DNA from: Octopus sinensis
Taxonomy: Eukaryota
NCBI RefSeq assembly: GCF_006345805.1
Contig: NC_043003.1
Location: 81,592,001-81,656,000 of the forward strand
DNA: 64,000 bases
Reading direction: 5' to 3'
Every line of letters starts with the position of its first letter. The first letter of the stretch is position 1. Made by a program: the position numbers and the translations under genes. Below, piece by piece: positions 12,280 to 26,496 of the stretch. A model generated the notes under the pieces. It had not been told where the DNA came from. It did not search any database and worked only from the letters and a program-made list of their open reading frames with translations.

Positions 12280-12316
<37 letters not shown>

Positions 12317-13446
12317 GCGGTAAGAATAAGACAAAGAGAGACAGTAAGAGCCAGAGAAAGTACAGAGAAAGACTGGAAGTAGCAAAGCTTTCAATAAGTA
12401 GCAGGATGAGGACTATAATTGTAAAGTATATATAATTTATTTTTAAACGGCGGAACTCGAAGTAGATAAATCTTTAAATAATGGCGAGCAAATAGTGGGG
12501 GAAAAAAACTCCCTTCGAATGGAAAAAAAATCGACGGCTGATACTGTAGTGTAATGGTAGAAAAGAAAGAGTGAAACGAGGAATACGACACGCACACACA
12601 CAAACTTTCTCAAAAACCTAACAAATATATTTTAATTAAAACACTATTTTAAATGGTATTATGTAATAATTAATACAGTTATTCATAAACATTGACAAAA
12701 TAGTTTTTGAAACACTACTAAATATATTTTCGTTATCTATCCTAAAATAATTTTAATCTTTAACTGAATATCAACCATTTCGTAAATTTTCCTTTTTTTT
12801 TGGGAAATTGACAATCGCACTCCATCGGCTCGAACTAATCCTTCTTGTATACTTAAGTTATAATATAAGCATGAGAAATATCAGCTTTGTCAATGTAATG
12901 AATCTGTGAACATTTTAAATTTGGTTAAATACCTTCTTCGGCAGACGAACCGTTTCGAACCTTTTCTTCTCGCCTATTTTCTTTGCAATCATATTCTTAA
13001 AATATTCCTGATAGCAAAAATAAATTAAAAATTCTAAAACAGTTTAACTTGCTTTGGCATTTAAAACACACACACGCATACGCATACACACACACACACC
13101 ACACACACACACACACACGCGCGCGCGCACACACACTCACACTCTCTCATATATGCATATATATACTACTTTACACAGAGACACCCAGCCACACACAAAT
13201 ATATCACTCGACGCAAAAAGTATTCTTTCTTTTGACCAGAAGCTCCATAAGTATTTGACCTGACTTTGTATTTCATACGGCAATCAGTTAAACAAAGAGA
13301 AGAGCTCTTGTCATGTTTTGATAGTATCATCAAAGGAAACTATAGCTACTTTCCACCAACGCAATAATCTAAGTATATAGTTTTTCCCATAAGATTGAGC
13401 TGTTAAAAATTTCACACACACATACACACACACACGCACACACACA

Positions 13447-13484
<38 letters not shown>

Positions 13485-14550
13485 AACAAACATGCAAGTA
13501 TACATACATACATACATACATAATTGAGACATTGATTCAAATTTCATCAAAGAAATCTATCTTCAAAATGAATTAGAATGATCAGGTAGTCTTAGACAAT
13601 ATGATTTTGTGAGACTGCTATATCATTACTGAAAGTTTAAAGACTCCAAGAGTTTCATACTTCTTTTTAATTAGTACCAAATTAATACGTGATATCCCGA
13701 AGAGATTTATCATAAAGGAGAAATAATTTATGCCAATTGTTAATCATTTAGTAGATAATGTAAATGTAGGTTTGAACATTTCCACTGATTTAGAAGGAGA
13801 GTACTTTAGAGTTGTTGTCATCCGCACACTTCATTATATTCAGTAATGAATATGTTATATAGTTTTTGTTATAGAATTAAATAATGCCAATGTTTTTGTC
13901 ATACGTAAAGTCCATTACCTTTTATTTCTATTATTTCGATTTTCTTAGTTTGAAGTTTTGAGTTCAAAGTAAGATTTTTTTTCCTTCGTATATTTTAAGA
14001 TATGCAAATTTATATAATTCTTCATCCACTTAGTCTTCAGATCAATACATTTGACATTAAGCGTTACAAATATAGGACCATAATCTTCCTTTCAATTCTG
14101 ATATATAATAATTGACGTCGTTGAGTCTTTCGCTATCGATGGTGCTTTCCCTATTTAATATTTGGTTGCCCATTAATACTTTCTAGTTTACGGCGTGTAG
14201 AATTTATTCACCCTCGCTTTCTCCAAAAGTTTTATACGTGCTAAGAAGGAAAATTATTGAAGAAAGAACATAAATTTGATGAAAAATAACGAAAATGTTT
14301 TAGATGTACTTAGCAACCGTAGCCAATTTCTATCGCAAATATAACCAGAAAATAAAGCAACTTTTAAATTACAATCACAAACAAATATAGTATATTTTAA
14401 ACGTAAATTTTCTTCAGTTTATTTCTTTTAATACACTTTATATTTGTTATTTGCTCATAGAAATACATTTGAAGCTTTTCTCATGGAAGTTGTTTTTTTT
14501 TTATAACAAAAGGAGACAAGCTTGTGTTCGGAAATGTGAGACTGTATTAC

Positions 14551-14622
14551 CGGTAAACCTGTGGCAGATTAATGTTAATCCACAAAGCATTTCCCATAAT
14601 GAATAACTTTCGGCCACATAGG
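14551..14622 (-). CDS. Candidate 72-nt internal exon, unidentified
   Basis: Acceptor TTTTTTCACAG and donor CCG|GTAATA. Two frames are open (LCGRKLFIMGNALWININLPQVY or YVAESYSLWEMLCGLTLICHRFT). Confidence 0.22.
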
Positions 14623-16815
14623 CTGTGAAAAAATTTCATAACTTATTAAGGAAAAGACGTAATGATGACATATTTGGGACTTAGAATCAGTAAAGCCTAA
14701 AATATTTTTTACCTATAAAGTTCTATAAAAGAAGAGAATGGACTGCCGATATATTGGATTTGGGCAAGGAATATATCTTGCAAACTGTATTTTTTTAACT
14801 AGATCTATTGCAACACCCGTTATTTTAAGTAAATTATGTAATGTCTTAAGCATTTTTCTCCATATATTTTGGGTATGTTAAGTCTATGCTAATAACTCTT
14901 TAAATTTTGACATTTATCGAGTTAACTTCCTACTGCACAATTAAAACCGAAATAGTTTCAATCAAACACCTGTTACATTATTTGTCTTCACAAATTCTGT
15001 ATATAAATTTGATGTATGTTTCCTATTCTCTGATCTAGTGACAAGAAGCTGTACATATTTCGTATTTCATTATTTAATTATTAAACAGTGCATTAAGATT
15101 AGTAATTTAGAGAGCCACGGCAATGAGGTAAAGGAATGATTATGCATACGAACTAAAATAGAACTTTCCTCTTCACATTTTCAAAAAGGGTATTTTCCCG
15201 GCATATATCAAGATTATTAAATCTTATTTTGGTGAAAAACAAATCTTTGTTCTAGTTAATCTTTCCTAGACTATTTCTATTCATAATTTTTTTTTTTTTT
15301 TGTGAAATGTTTCAAACAAACCACTGCAAGTCTACAAAACAATCCAACATTGTTTCGAGAGAATTCAAGTATATATGTTTATCATATATCAACAGTCGGT
15401 ATATACGGAACTTCCGGTTTATGAATAACTCATTTGTAAGTTAATGCTATTTCGTCAAAGATAACTTGCTTCACTACACATTTATGTTTAAGCAAGATTA
15501 TACAGAATATCACTGCATTATAGAGTTCTGTAAACATGAAAAATTAATGAAGTGTATGTATGTTAGCCAAATGCTGTAAACAATTGCTTGCATTTGTTAA
15601 AGCATTAATTACATACATGCAGTTGACAACTAACTGTTTGTAGGTAGCCTACATAAAAGTAAAGGACACTTGACAAAGAAGGTTTAATATAAGTTAAATC
15701 TGATACAAAGTATATATTCTGAAACATTTTGGTTTACTACAGAACTTTAATTCCTACACATTGTTTCATGTATGAATTAGCTAATAGCTAAGAAATTCAT
15801 TGTTAAAAAAACAGATGGCAGGGAAGGAAATTCTTACAATATTATCAGGAATAGCCTGCAACATTTCATTGTACTATATATTTTATATATAGTTATCTAA
15901 CGTAAGTTACTACTTATATATATATATATATCTATATTATATGTGTGTGTACATATATATTTATATATACACACATATATACGACGGGTTTTATTTCAGT
16001 TTCCGTTTATCAAATCCATTCACAAGGGTTTGGTTGGTCAGTGCTAGTGTGTGCGTGATGGTGTGATGTCATTTGGTGTTGTGTGGTGTGGTGGTGTGTG
16101 CTGCGGTGGTGTTGGGATGTTGGTGAGGTGAAGAAAGCAAGGGTGGGTGTGGGTTGGGGTGGGGGTAAAGGTGGGGTATATGGATATATATATATATATA
16201 CACACACATTCAATATTTGGAGTAACTCTTTGAATGCCTTTTCAATATATTTTGTACATAATGAAAGATAGAATATTTTCAAAAATTATTGTTTTCTTCA
16301 TCATGTTGAAATAAACACTGGCATTTTCTGAGATATATTCATGTTAATAATTATTATTTTTATTTATTATATCGATTTCTCATCAATTATACATTAATCA
16401 TAAATCTTGGTTTTATGTCTGATCTGAAGCTCTGTACATTTTAAAAGATATTTTTATCATTTACCAAATATTTTTTTGAATTAATGCTCCCTCCATACAT
16501 ACATATCCATTCACAACAGACAATAACGCATACAAATACACATATTTTTATATTTATAAGCATATCAATATACATACACATCCATTTGCATATATACACA
16601 CATATGTAAGGGCAATTCTACCAATGAAGATGCACGCACCGGTTCTATTTCGCATTATCATTATCGTTATTAGTCAAGTAGTTAACTAATTAGCCAATTA
16701 ATTAATAAATTGCCTGACTTATCACTTAATCAATAAATCAATCAAATAGTGAGTTTGTCAGAATCTTCTTGTTGCCATCCACAACCTTATTAACGATGTG
16801 CTATCATTGCTCTAG

Positions 16816-16872
16816 GTCTGTCGTGCTGTTTCCAAACTGGATTAGATGCAGCGACGGACCCGAGCAATGAGG
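16816..16872 (+). CDS. Candidate 57-nt symmetric internal exon, unidentified
   Basis: Acceptor TCATTGCTCTAG and donor GAGG|GTACGT. Only one frame is open (phase 1/1): LSCCFQTGLDAATDPSNE. Confidence 0.28.
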
Positions 16873-17159
16873 GTACGTCATTTGATAAGGAAATGAATGA
16901 CAACGATAGAAAGGTAACAAAGCTAATGATTTGTTGACCAAATGATTAGTCAAGCAGTGGATTAGTTATTTGATTAATTAGTTAATTACTTTAGATAATA
17001 ACAAAAGGGAGTAAAACAGTGTTGGTGTCTTTATTGACAAAATGACCCTCCCAAGGTACTTGTATTAGCACACGGTTTCACATCTTGCAAAGCAAATACG
17101 AAACTCAGTCTCTCGTTAGCTCCCTTCTCTCATTTTCTCTTTCTTTATACATCTGTGTG

Positions 17160-17166
17160 TACGTGT

Positions 17167-17206
<40 letters not shown>

Positions 17207-17285
17207 ATCTATCTATCTATCTATCTGTCTGTCTGTGGGTCTGTCAGTATGTATGTATCTATCTATCTATATATATATATAATAT
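17160..17285. repeat. (ATCT)n/(GTCT)n tetranucleotide microsatellite
   Basis: Visible ATCTATCT run. Confidence 0.9.
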
Positions 17286-18887
17286 ATGTGCCTATATATG
17301 TGTGTGTATGAGTGCTTATTTCTATCTATCAAATTATGTGTCAGCTCACGTATACATACACTTATATATAGATACACGTATATGTGGGGAGAGAGTGAGA
17401 GAGAAACAAAGAGACAAAAGAGAGAGAAAGAGCCAAATAGACAAAGAGAGAAGACACGCACGCGTACACAAACACACATACCTACATACATCGCAAGTAG
17501 GTGGCAGAGTTGGTAGAGCATCAGATAAAATTACTGTGTGATATTTTATTATCTCTTCCGTTCTGGGTATAAATTTCAACAACTTCTACTTTCTACTTTC
17601 TCTTCCGACTTAAATTAGCATAAATTGATAAAACGTGTACTTGGTGCATTGTAATCGAAGATATTATATAAGCAGTATAACAAATAAGTATATACAGACA
17701 TATACAGGCATATATACATTCGTAAATAAGGATGATATATGTAGTACATGTGTCTATGTCCTTTTGCCTACTCTCATGCTTATACATGTGTATCTATACA
17801 CTCACATACACACACACACATGTTTATGTGTGTCTGTGTAATGTATATAGGTATATATTTGTGTATGTATATATATATATATGTGTGTGTGTGTGTGCGT
17901 TAGAAGAGTACAGAGAGAGGGGGAATGAGTGTGTCTATGATGAGACATGAAATCAATATATTGAGATGTTCTACGTAAAGTTTAAAATCTGAAAGTAAGT
18001 AGTATAACCCGCAGAATCTGCAAATATAATCTGCATAATGTACTTCACTGAACAGATTAAACTATCTGTATGGTTTGTAATCTTTCTTAACAACTTGATA
18101 TTTTCTCGTGAGGACTTCTTTGTCGATTTTCTTTGATATGAAATTTCCCCTAATGAATTAGAGATATACCCTAGTTATTATTTTGGCATAACAAAAAATT
18201 CAAAGGAATATACCAGCAATAACCTTCATATCCAATTACAATTCAATCGAACGTGTTACGTATTTCAATTTGAAGACGATGTTTAATTTAAAGATATGAT
18301 GACTAGTTCTGTTTCAAATGTTGTATCTGATTTTATCTTGCACGATACGAATTCGAAATATATTTCAATGCACCTACGAACATGCAAAAAAGTTTACTAT
18401 GCTTTGCCGCAACAAGTCTTGTTGGAAACTTTTTATGTCAATATATTTCTCTTTATGTTGTTACCTATTTAGTTCCATTTTATCACCATAATTCATAAGT
18501 CTCATAAAAAATGCATGCAGGAAAAGAAGCCTAACATCTTGATGATTGATTCAAATGTTTATGTAACTGAAAGCCAAATATTCGATTCTGTCTGTCTCTA
18601 AATCTGTCTGTATGCTATTTTGTCTCTCATTTCTGGAAGGCTGAAAACTAAATTGACATTAGTTAGTTTCACTTTCATACAGTGATAATGGTTGCATTTT
18701 CTGAGTTAGCTGGTATTTTTGCTCTCGTCCAAATAACCAAAATTAGTGCACGAAACTTTATTAGCAAATATATATAAACTAACAAAAATCTTCCCGACCC
18801 GACTCTGTTGATGCTTGGTAGTTATGCTACATGGGGCAGCTAAGTTGTTTGTCACTGGCCTTTGTCTAATGCTGTTCAGTGATGTTG

Positions 18888-19045
18888 TTACAGAAATCTC
18901 CGACATTTTCTTTCAATCGGTTGCTGACAGCTGATTAATCTATTATTGGTCGTGTACCGTCCGAGATTATTGATGAAATTATCTCTCGTATCATGTCTGA
19001 CACTCAATTCCTGAATTTTAATCGTGTGAATCTTATATAGAGAAC
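18888..19045 (-). CDS. Candidate exon, unidentified
   Basis: Acceptor AGCTTTCTTCAG; the phase-1 frame is open for 51 codons (SLYKIHTIKIQELSVRHDTRDNFINNLGRYTTNNRLISCQQPIERKCRRFL*). A second frame starts at ATG 18906 and runs to a GTTAGT donor at 18783. Confidence 0.28.
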
Positions 19046-19727
19046 CTGAAGAAAGCTGTTGATATTACATGAAAAATATTGTTAATTAATATTTACAACT
19101 TAATTACATTCTTCAAGTATACATCGTGATGTTTGTGTTGTAAAACATTCATGGTACACGTTTCGGGTGGTAAAAATTAATTCCATTCTTATATTCTCGA
19201 AAATTACACAATACAACCACATGCATAACAAGGTGAGATAATCCGTTTATTATCTTATGGACAATCGCTTTTAGCACAAATTTGTAAAATCGTCTTATGA
19301 AGATTATCAATTAATGTCAAATTAATCAAGAACATTAATTAACCGTAGCTTGAAATAATTTGAAATGAATAACAGTATTTCTGCTGGAAGCACAAATAGC
19401 AGAATTTTGTGAACTTTAAATTTAAAGATGTACTTATTTGTTAAAGCTATTACTTGTCCAGAAAGTGCAATGTGAAAATATTTCAGTACCTGTAATTACC
19501 TTATAATCCTATACTGCATTGTAGGCGTCCCAATATGACTCAAAGAACACACATTTAAATACTTCAGTTGATAAAAATAAAGAATGGGTTCATTTCTCCT
19601 AGAACATCTACATGTTATAATCTTGCAGTATTTTCTCCTAAGTTTAAAGTTAAGAACTTGAAACTAAGCATCGGCTCTGCATACCAGAGCGGCTACTATT
19701 TTGGAAACCGTAAAATATATGATCAAT

Positions 19728-19945
19728 ACTCTTTTACTCTTTTACTTGTTTCAGTCATTTCACAGTGGCCATGCTGGAGCACCGCCTTTAGTCGAGCAAA
19801 TCAACCCCAGGACTTATTCTTTGTAAGCCTTGTACTTATTCTATCGGTCTCTTTTTGCCGAACCGCTAGGTTACGGGGACGTAAACACACCAGCATCGGT
19901 TTTCAAGCGACACAGAAACACACACACACACACCACACACACACA

Positions 19946-20026
<81 letters not shown>

Positions 20027-20188
20027 ACGGGTTTTTTTCAGTTTCCATCTGCCATATCCACTCACAAGGCTTTGGTCGGCCCGAGGCTATAGTAGAAGAC
20101 ACTTGCCCAAGATGCCACGCAGTGGGACTGAACCCGGAACCATGTGGTTGGTAAGCAAGCTACTAACCACGCAGCCACTCCTACGCCT
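19728..20188 (-). mobile_element. SINE family A, full length with expanded (CA)n(TA)n core
   Basis: Both conserved halves are present around the microsatellite at 19918-20023. This explains the ORFs at 19568-20192. Confidence 0.92.
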
Positions 20189-20396
20189 ATAAATGAATAT
20201 AAATATATATTTTCTTTAAAACTTAGTCGATGGCTGAGGAATTAGCCTTTGTTGGTCAGAAGTAAGCAATAATAAGTAATTTAACCGGTTCACTTCAGAG
20301 AATGGTATTTGTGATGACCGTACTTTTCGAAAAAGTATGGAAACAACTAAAATTAGGAATCGAACTTGAGAAAAATAAAAAAAAAAGCCGTCTTAC

Positions 20397-20577
20397 TTGT
20401 ACAAACACACGTGTACCATCCTTTCCATTATGATGAATAAGAAATCCTGCAAACATATCCTGCAAACATATTCACTATTCATATGGAAAACATGAACTTC
20501 ATTCAAATAATCAAGTTCGGAGAATGGATAAGCTATTCCTTTGTTTTCAAGATAATTCTCATTCAAATACAGCATTC
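20397..20577 (-). CDS. Candidate internal exon, unidentified
   Basis: Strong donor CAA|GTAAGA; 59 open codons (MLYLNENYLENKGIAYPFSELDYLNEVHVFHMNSEY...). Alternative internal TTTGCAG acceptors exist. Confidence 0.25.
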
Positions 20578-23489
20578 CTGTTATTCATAGTTTATGAAAG
20601 ATTTAAAATATTTCAAAAGCACATTCCATATATTTCATTTATTTTTACCACTATTTATTTAAGTGTAATCTTACATTTCCTTCCTCTATAGAAAACGAGC
20701 CTCAGATTATGCTGAGATGCATATTTGCATATATTAGAACATGTTTAAACCCCTGCGTCAAAAGCCTACCAAGCTGACCCTATTTAATTTTATATCATTG
20801 TTTTCTAATGAAGTACAACTGCATCAACATCAGTATTTTAGTAAATGATAAGGATTTTGTGTTATTATTCATGTAATAACAATCTGGATCTGTACTATAG
20901 AAAGAAATATAAGAAAATTTATAATACACAATTAGCTTCCGATGCTGTGATTCGATAATCACAATAAAATCATATATAAGTACATAAAGGAATTTAAAGA
21001 AATTAATGTCCAAACAGACATCTTAAAAGAACGTAGCTTACATGTATAAGAATAATAAATTTGCAATTTATGATGCAATAAATATATTTATCTTGGTAAT
21101 ATCACGAAGAATTTCAAATCGGTGAAGATATTATTAAGTTATCGGCATGGAAAATTGCGGAGGCTATATGTAAATTAATTAGTGACGAGAAATAGTTGAA
21201 AGATATGAAAAATCTTCGTGAGCATTACTCCCTATTTAATGTCCAACAATGTCTAATTTTAGAAAATTTGAATTATTTCTAACTTAATTATTATGTTTTC
21301 ACATAACGGTCGCTATTTACATGTCACTAGATTGGTTTTCTATATCAGAAGGTTTGGGTTACTATTTATTATTTGATTAGTATTTGGAACTTCAACGATG
21401 TATATAGTATATGTATATTGTAGTGTTTCGGTAAGGGAATCTAGGAGATACAATTTTGTCATTTTTGATGCTATGACTAGTGGTAGGTATAATTTATTAA
21501 TGATTGAGCCTATGATATCTTTCTTTAGAATATCTTCTGGAGTAATTTAAGTTCTCTCGTGTAACTAATTAATAACGTAAAACGAAATTAAAGTATGCCT
21601 TTAACAATCTCCATTTTTCTCACATTACATATTTTAAATGGGAGATTGTTCTTAAAACCCGTTCTATACATGTGCCTTGATTCTTGTTCAACACGACTTT
21701 GAAAAGTAGACTTTCGCAAAACCGCAGATATTTTTCATACAATTTCTGGCAATCATATTCTGAAATTAAAGTCTTATTTCTTACTTCAAATATTCCCGAA
21801 GCAACAGGTTTTATATAACTTTTGCGACAGTGAAACAGTAGCTTCGATTGACAAGACCGCTCAGCTGTCCAGATGTTTTGAACTTTTGTTTGATCTCGTG
21901 TGTGATAAACCGGAGAAAACAGAAATAAAATCAATGGTATATGGTGGTGGTTCAGAAGTGTATTCTTTATAACTATGATAATTGTGAACTTCACATCCAG
22001 CAGCATCTTCAATGAGTCCAAGTAAAACATTTACGCATTAAATAACAAACTAAAATCTGTCGTTAATCAAGTTATTTATTATAATAGCTCTTTAGCATCT
22101 ACATATTGCTATGCCAAGCCTAATTACCTAGTAGTAACTAAAGAAAGAACAACAACTCTATAAAAGTATTAACAAACCGTATATTGGTGACAAATATGTT
22201 GCTTGTGCGTGAGATAAAGGTATTTCTTCTTTTGCATCAACGAAGAAAAACATTGTAACAGTATTGAGGACAATAAGAAAGCTGGAGAATATTGATATGA
22301 TTACATCTAATGAACATACATTTCTATCAAAGTAAATAAAAGTAGTTACTTGGTCTTTGATGACCAGAAGTATTAATCATTGAACGACCAGTCTTATTGT
22401 CTGGAAAACTTTTAGAGGAGAAAATTAAATTTCAGCTAAACGGAAATAAACACAACCACAACGGCATGACTTGATGTCAGTTATAGTAGCAATTGTGATG
22501 CCCTTTTTACGCATCGGTTGTTTATGGAAGTGCATCGTAGGTGACTGTGGTGTTTTTTTTTGTTTTTAATATTGTGGAGTAGTTGAGGTAGTAAGATTAT
22601 AGGTAATAGTTTTATTAAATTCTATGATTTATACGAGGTACTTCATACTTATGTTGTAATGAAAAAGTTGGTCTTGCTTTTTGATATACTCGGTATCAGC
22701 ATTTTTTGAAAGATAATTTTGAACAATAATTTTTTGAAAGATAATGTCTTAAAGACGAGGTCATTATCTTATACGGATGAAATTTGTCGTTACGACTGAA
22801 TTTGTTCTCGTCTCTACAGTTACCATTGATGAAAGTTTCATAGTAATTCAGTTCATTAATATAGCTGTAGCCATAGCAGAAAATGGTGGTAAAATATCAC
22901 TCTCTAATCCTGCATTTCATTGATCCAGCTATTTGGTTCATTTCGCGTTGGCTTCTTTTTCAAAAATTATCTTAAAATTTGCTTTTCACAGTTTAAGTTT
23001 ATTGACGTCAAAACACGTTTTTTTCATTTACCCACTCTTCCTAATTCTTGCTTTTTCCAATCTTTAAATATTTCTACTAGTGTATTTTCTTCTTCAAACA
23101 CTCCTTTTCTACCATCTCATTTCAACATATTTCTCTCTCTAGCAACTAATTTTGTATTTTCTTTCGAAATTTCTCCCAGTGTGGTATATCAATATATTTA
23201 TTACGGTATTTAGTAATTCACTGAAGCGAATTCAGTTTCAACCACGATAACGTTGCATTTTCTTTACCTTGGGTGTGTAAAATACATCTACCTAAACACA
23301 TCTACCTAAACACATGATTGATTATATAGACTATGCCCATAACCTAGAAAAATTGTCCCTTTTGCCCAATCAAAAGAAATCAATATCTCACTGATTTTAT
23401 AACAAGCTTAGCGTAATAATTTTATCTGTGGATGTTACCTATAGTTTTTCGCTTAATTACTTTCAATATTTCCTTTCTACTTCCATTTT

Positions 23490-23503
23490 ACTATATACAT
23501 ACA

Positions 23504-23577
<74 letters not shown>

Positions 23578-24240
23578 CATACATATACACATACATACAT
23601 ATATATACATATATATATATATACATATACATACATATATGTACACATATATACATATATACACATATATGCATACATATATATATGCACATATATATAT
23701 ATATATATATATACATATATGCATACATATATATATGCATATATATATATATATATACACATATACATATATATGCATATATATACATACATATGTATGA
23801 ATATATAAATATATACATACATATATATATATAAATATTTACATATATATAAATATATATATAAATATATAAATATATATACACACACACATATATATAG
23901 ATATATAAAAATATATATACACACACACATATATATAGATATATAAAAATATATATGTACACACATATATATATAGATATATAGAAATATATATGCACAC
24001 ACATATATATAGATATATAAAAAAATATATACACACACACACATATATATATATATAGATATATAAAAATATATACACACACACATCTATATATATATAT
24101 AGATATATAAAAATATATATATGCACACATATATATATAGATATATATATATACATATACGCATACACATACATATACATTATACTTATATATGTCATGT
24201 GTAGATCTCTGTTCATATTGACGCATGCGTAGACAATTGG
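23490..24240. repeat. Complex (TA)/(TACA)/(CA) satellite with higher-order units
   Basis: ~750 bp of TA-derived repeats including the recurring unit ATATATAGATATATAAAAATATATATACACACACAC. Source of the 207-249 aa Y/I/C ORFs. Confidence 0.92.
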
Positions 24241-25200
24241 AAGCTCACGTTCACGCTCGCTCACACAATACTCTCGCATAAATGCACTCCTAAATATGTA
24301 ATGCGTGGATCTATCTGCCTTCATATTTTTGCATGCGTACACACTTGCGCATGCACAAACACTCACACACAGTTGTATATACGGACGCGCGTGGTCCGCT
24401 CCCAAACGAAACGCCTTTGTGTAATTATAGAGAAGCGGTACACTTCTGATATTCTAATTTCAGTTGGTCTGTCGTTAATGATTAGATATTATTTTCTTTT
24501 TCCTTATCCTTGTACCTTTCAATAGTTATTTTTTCCAGGCTTTTTTTTTGCATTCTTCATTTCTCTTCCTACGCCTCTTCCCCACCCTTCCCTATAAAAT
24601 CATAATCTTTATAACGAGCGTCATATACTCCATAATCTCCTCAGCAGTTGTTGATTTGAAGACACTGTGCAAGCTAGTGCGAAAAATAGGATTTGAATGT
24701 AACATTTTCTTTGTAGCAGTGGTAAATGACGGTGACAACGGTAAGTCTCATTTCTAAGAGAAGAATATAGAGAGAATACAATGAATATGGCAATGGAAGA
24801 ATTCACATTTAATTTTAATATCATAAATGATTGATACTTAATTATGTATAACTAATTTTACTACATATTACAAAGTTGTTGATGTTTTCTCGGATTGAAA
24901 ACAGTTGCACATAATTATCTTGACGCATTAAAAACTTCGGCTTGTGTGATAAATTCGCATCTTCAATGATACTTTGTATATTGGTCAACTGAAACTATGC
25001 ACGTTCATGAAGTGTGCACATACACACACACACACATGCATTTCTCTGTCTGTCTGTCTCTCTGGTTTCGTATTCGCCCCTACCTTGGGCAACTGTCTCC
25101 TACTATAACCCAGGGTCGACCATTGCCTTTTGACTGAATTTGGTAGACAGAATCATATATATAAAATGTAAGATGCATTGTGTCTATCAAATAATACATA

Positions 25201-25583
25201 TGTACGTGGCACTTTGTCGGTTACGACGACAAGGGTTCCAGTTGATCCGATTAACGCAACAGCCTCCTCGTGAAATTAACCTGTAAGTGGCTCAGCACTC
25301 TACAGACATGGGTATCCTTAATGTAGTTCTAGGGGAGATTCAGCGTGACACAGAGTGTGACAAGGCTGGCTCTTTGCAATACAGGTACAAGAGATACAGG
25401 AAGAACTTGTGAGAGAAAGTTGTGGTGAAAGAATACAGTAGAGTTCACCACACCACTTGCCGGGACCTCGTAGAGCTTTAGGTATTTTCGGTCAATAAAA
25501 ACTCACAACGTCCGATCTGAGAATCGAAACCGCTATCCTATGACCACGAGTCCGCTGTCCTAACCACTGAGTCATTGCACCTC
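25201..25583 (-). mobile_element. tRNA-headed SINE (family C-type head) with a third tail type
   Basis: Minus-strand head GGAGGTGCAATGACTCAGTGGTTAGGACAGCGGACTCGTGGTCATAGG..GGTTTCGATTCTC. Tail in plus orientation contains GTAGTTCTAGGGGAGATTCAGCGTGACACAGAGTGTGACAAGGCTGG. Confidence 0.8.
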
Positions 25584-25964
25584 CACAATATATATGCATA
25601 TGCTATGTGTGTGTGTGTGTGTGGTGCGTGTGTGTGTATGTTTGTGTGTGTGTGCGTGTATGTGTGTGTCCTTACTTTAAAAATATATTCTATGATATTT
25701 ACATCATAAACCAATCCGGTATTGATCAAAACAATCTTGATATTCGTAAGGCACTGGTTGTTGTAACCGTAAAGCTAATTATCTCCCTTGTGTTTTTCTT
25801 TTCCTAAACCTGCCTGCTCATTCAAACGTCGATTGCAGAGAACGCTGTACGCAAGCCGACTCACAGTATTTATCAGCTTGTTAAATGGTGTATCAAATTA
25901 AAATTTCGTCAAGGAAACCCTGGGTAGCTGTATTTCACGAGCCTCTTTGTGATATCTATGACAA

Positions 25965-26458
25965 TTATAATGATATATATATATATTATATATATATATA
26001 TAATATATATATATATATATAATATATATATATACTTATATATAATGCTATCTATATATATATGATATATAGCTAGCTAGAGGCGATGGCCTCTTGGAGC
26101 TAATCAGCGACAGCTTTAGTCTTATATTTATAGACTGCCATATTAGTATGGCGATAACTATTAATATCCAGTAACGCTGCCGTAATCTCCTTTAGAGAGA
26201 CTTAGTAATTTTAATATTTCTATTATTGAAAACAAGTGGATGTATTCCACTGTAACTAGGTAAATAAAATCTTCGAACAGACGGTCAGTAGCGACACCTG
26301 CTGGGTCTGACTACGCTGACTACGTAATCTCCTTTAGAGAGACTTAGTAATTTTGATATTTCTATGATATATATATATAATAAATATAATGATATATATA
26401 TATATATATAATTAAATATAATGATATATATATATATATTTATTTATATATAATGATA

Positions 26459-26496
<38 letters not shown>

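Noticed and set aside
19568-20192. 174-aa and 120-aa ORFs with recurring peptides such as STKSTHKALVGPRL and GYSRRHLPK
   Set aside because: The same peptides recur at every family A SINE copy. They are SINE read-throughs, not a gene family.
22650-23220. Purine-rich minus-strand stretch resembling a decayed TE ORF
   Set aside because: There are stops in all frames and no diagnostic motif, so it could not be classified.
23428-24405. Long ORFs of 122-249 aa rich in Y/I/H/C/V
   Set aside because: They are translations of TA/CA microsatellites, which lack stop codons in several frames. The same applies to the ORFs at 912-1349, 17085-17582, 48441-48810, 50862-51329 and 63180-63623.
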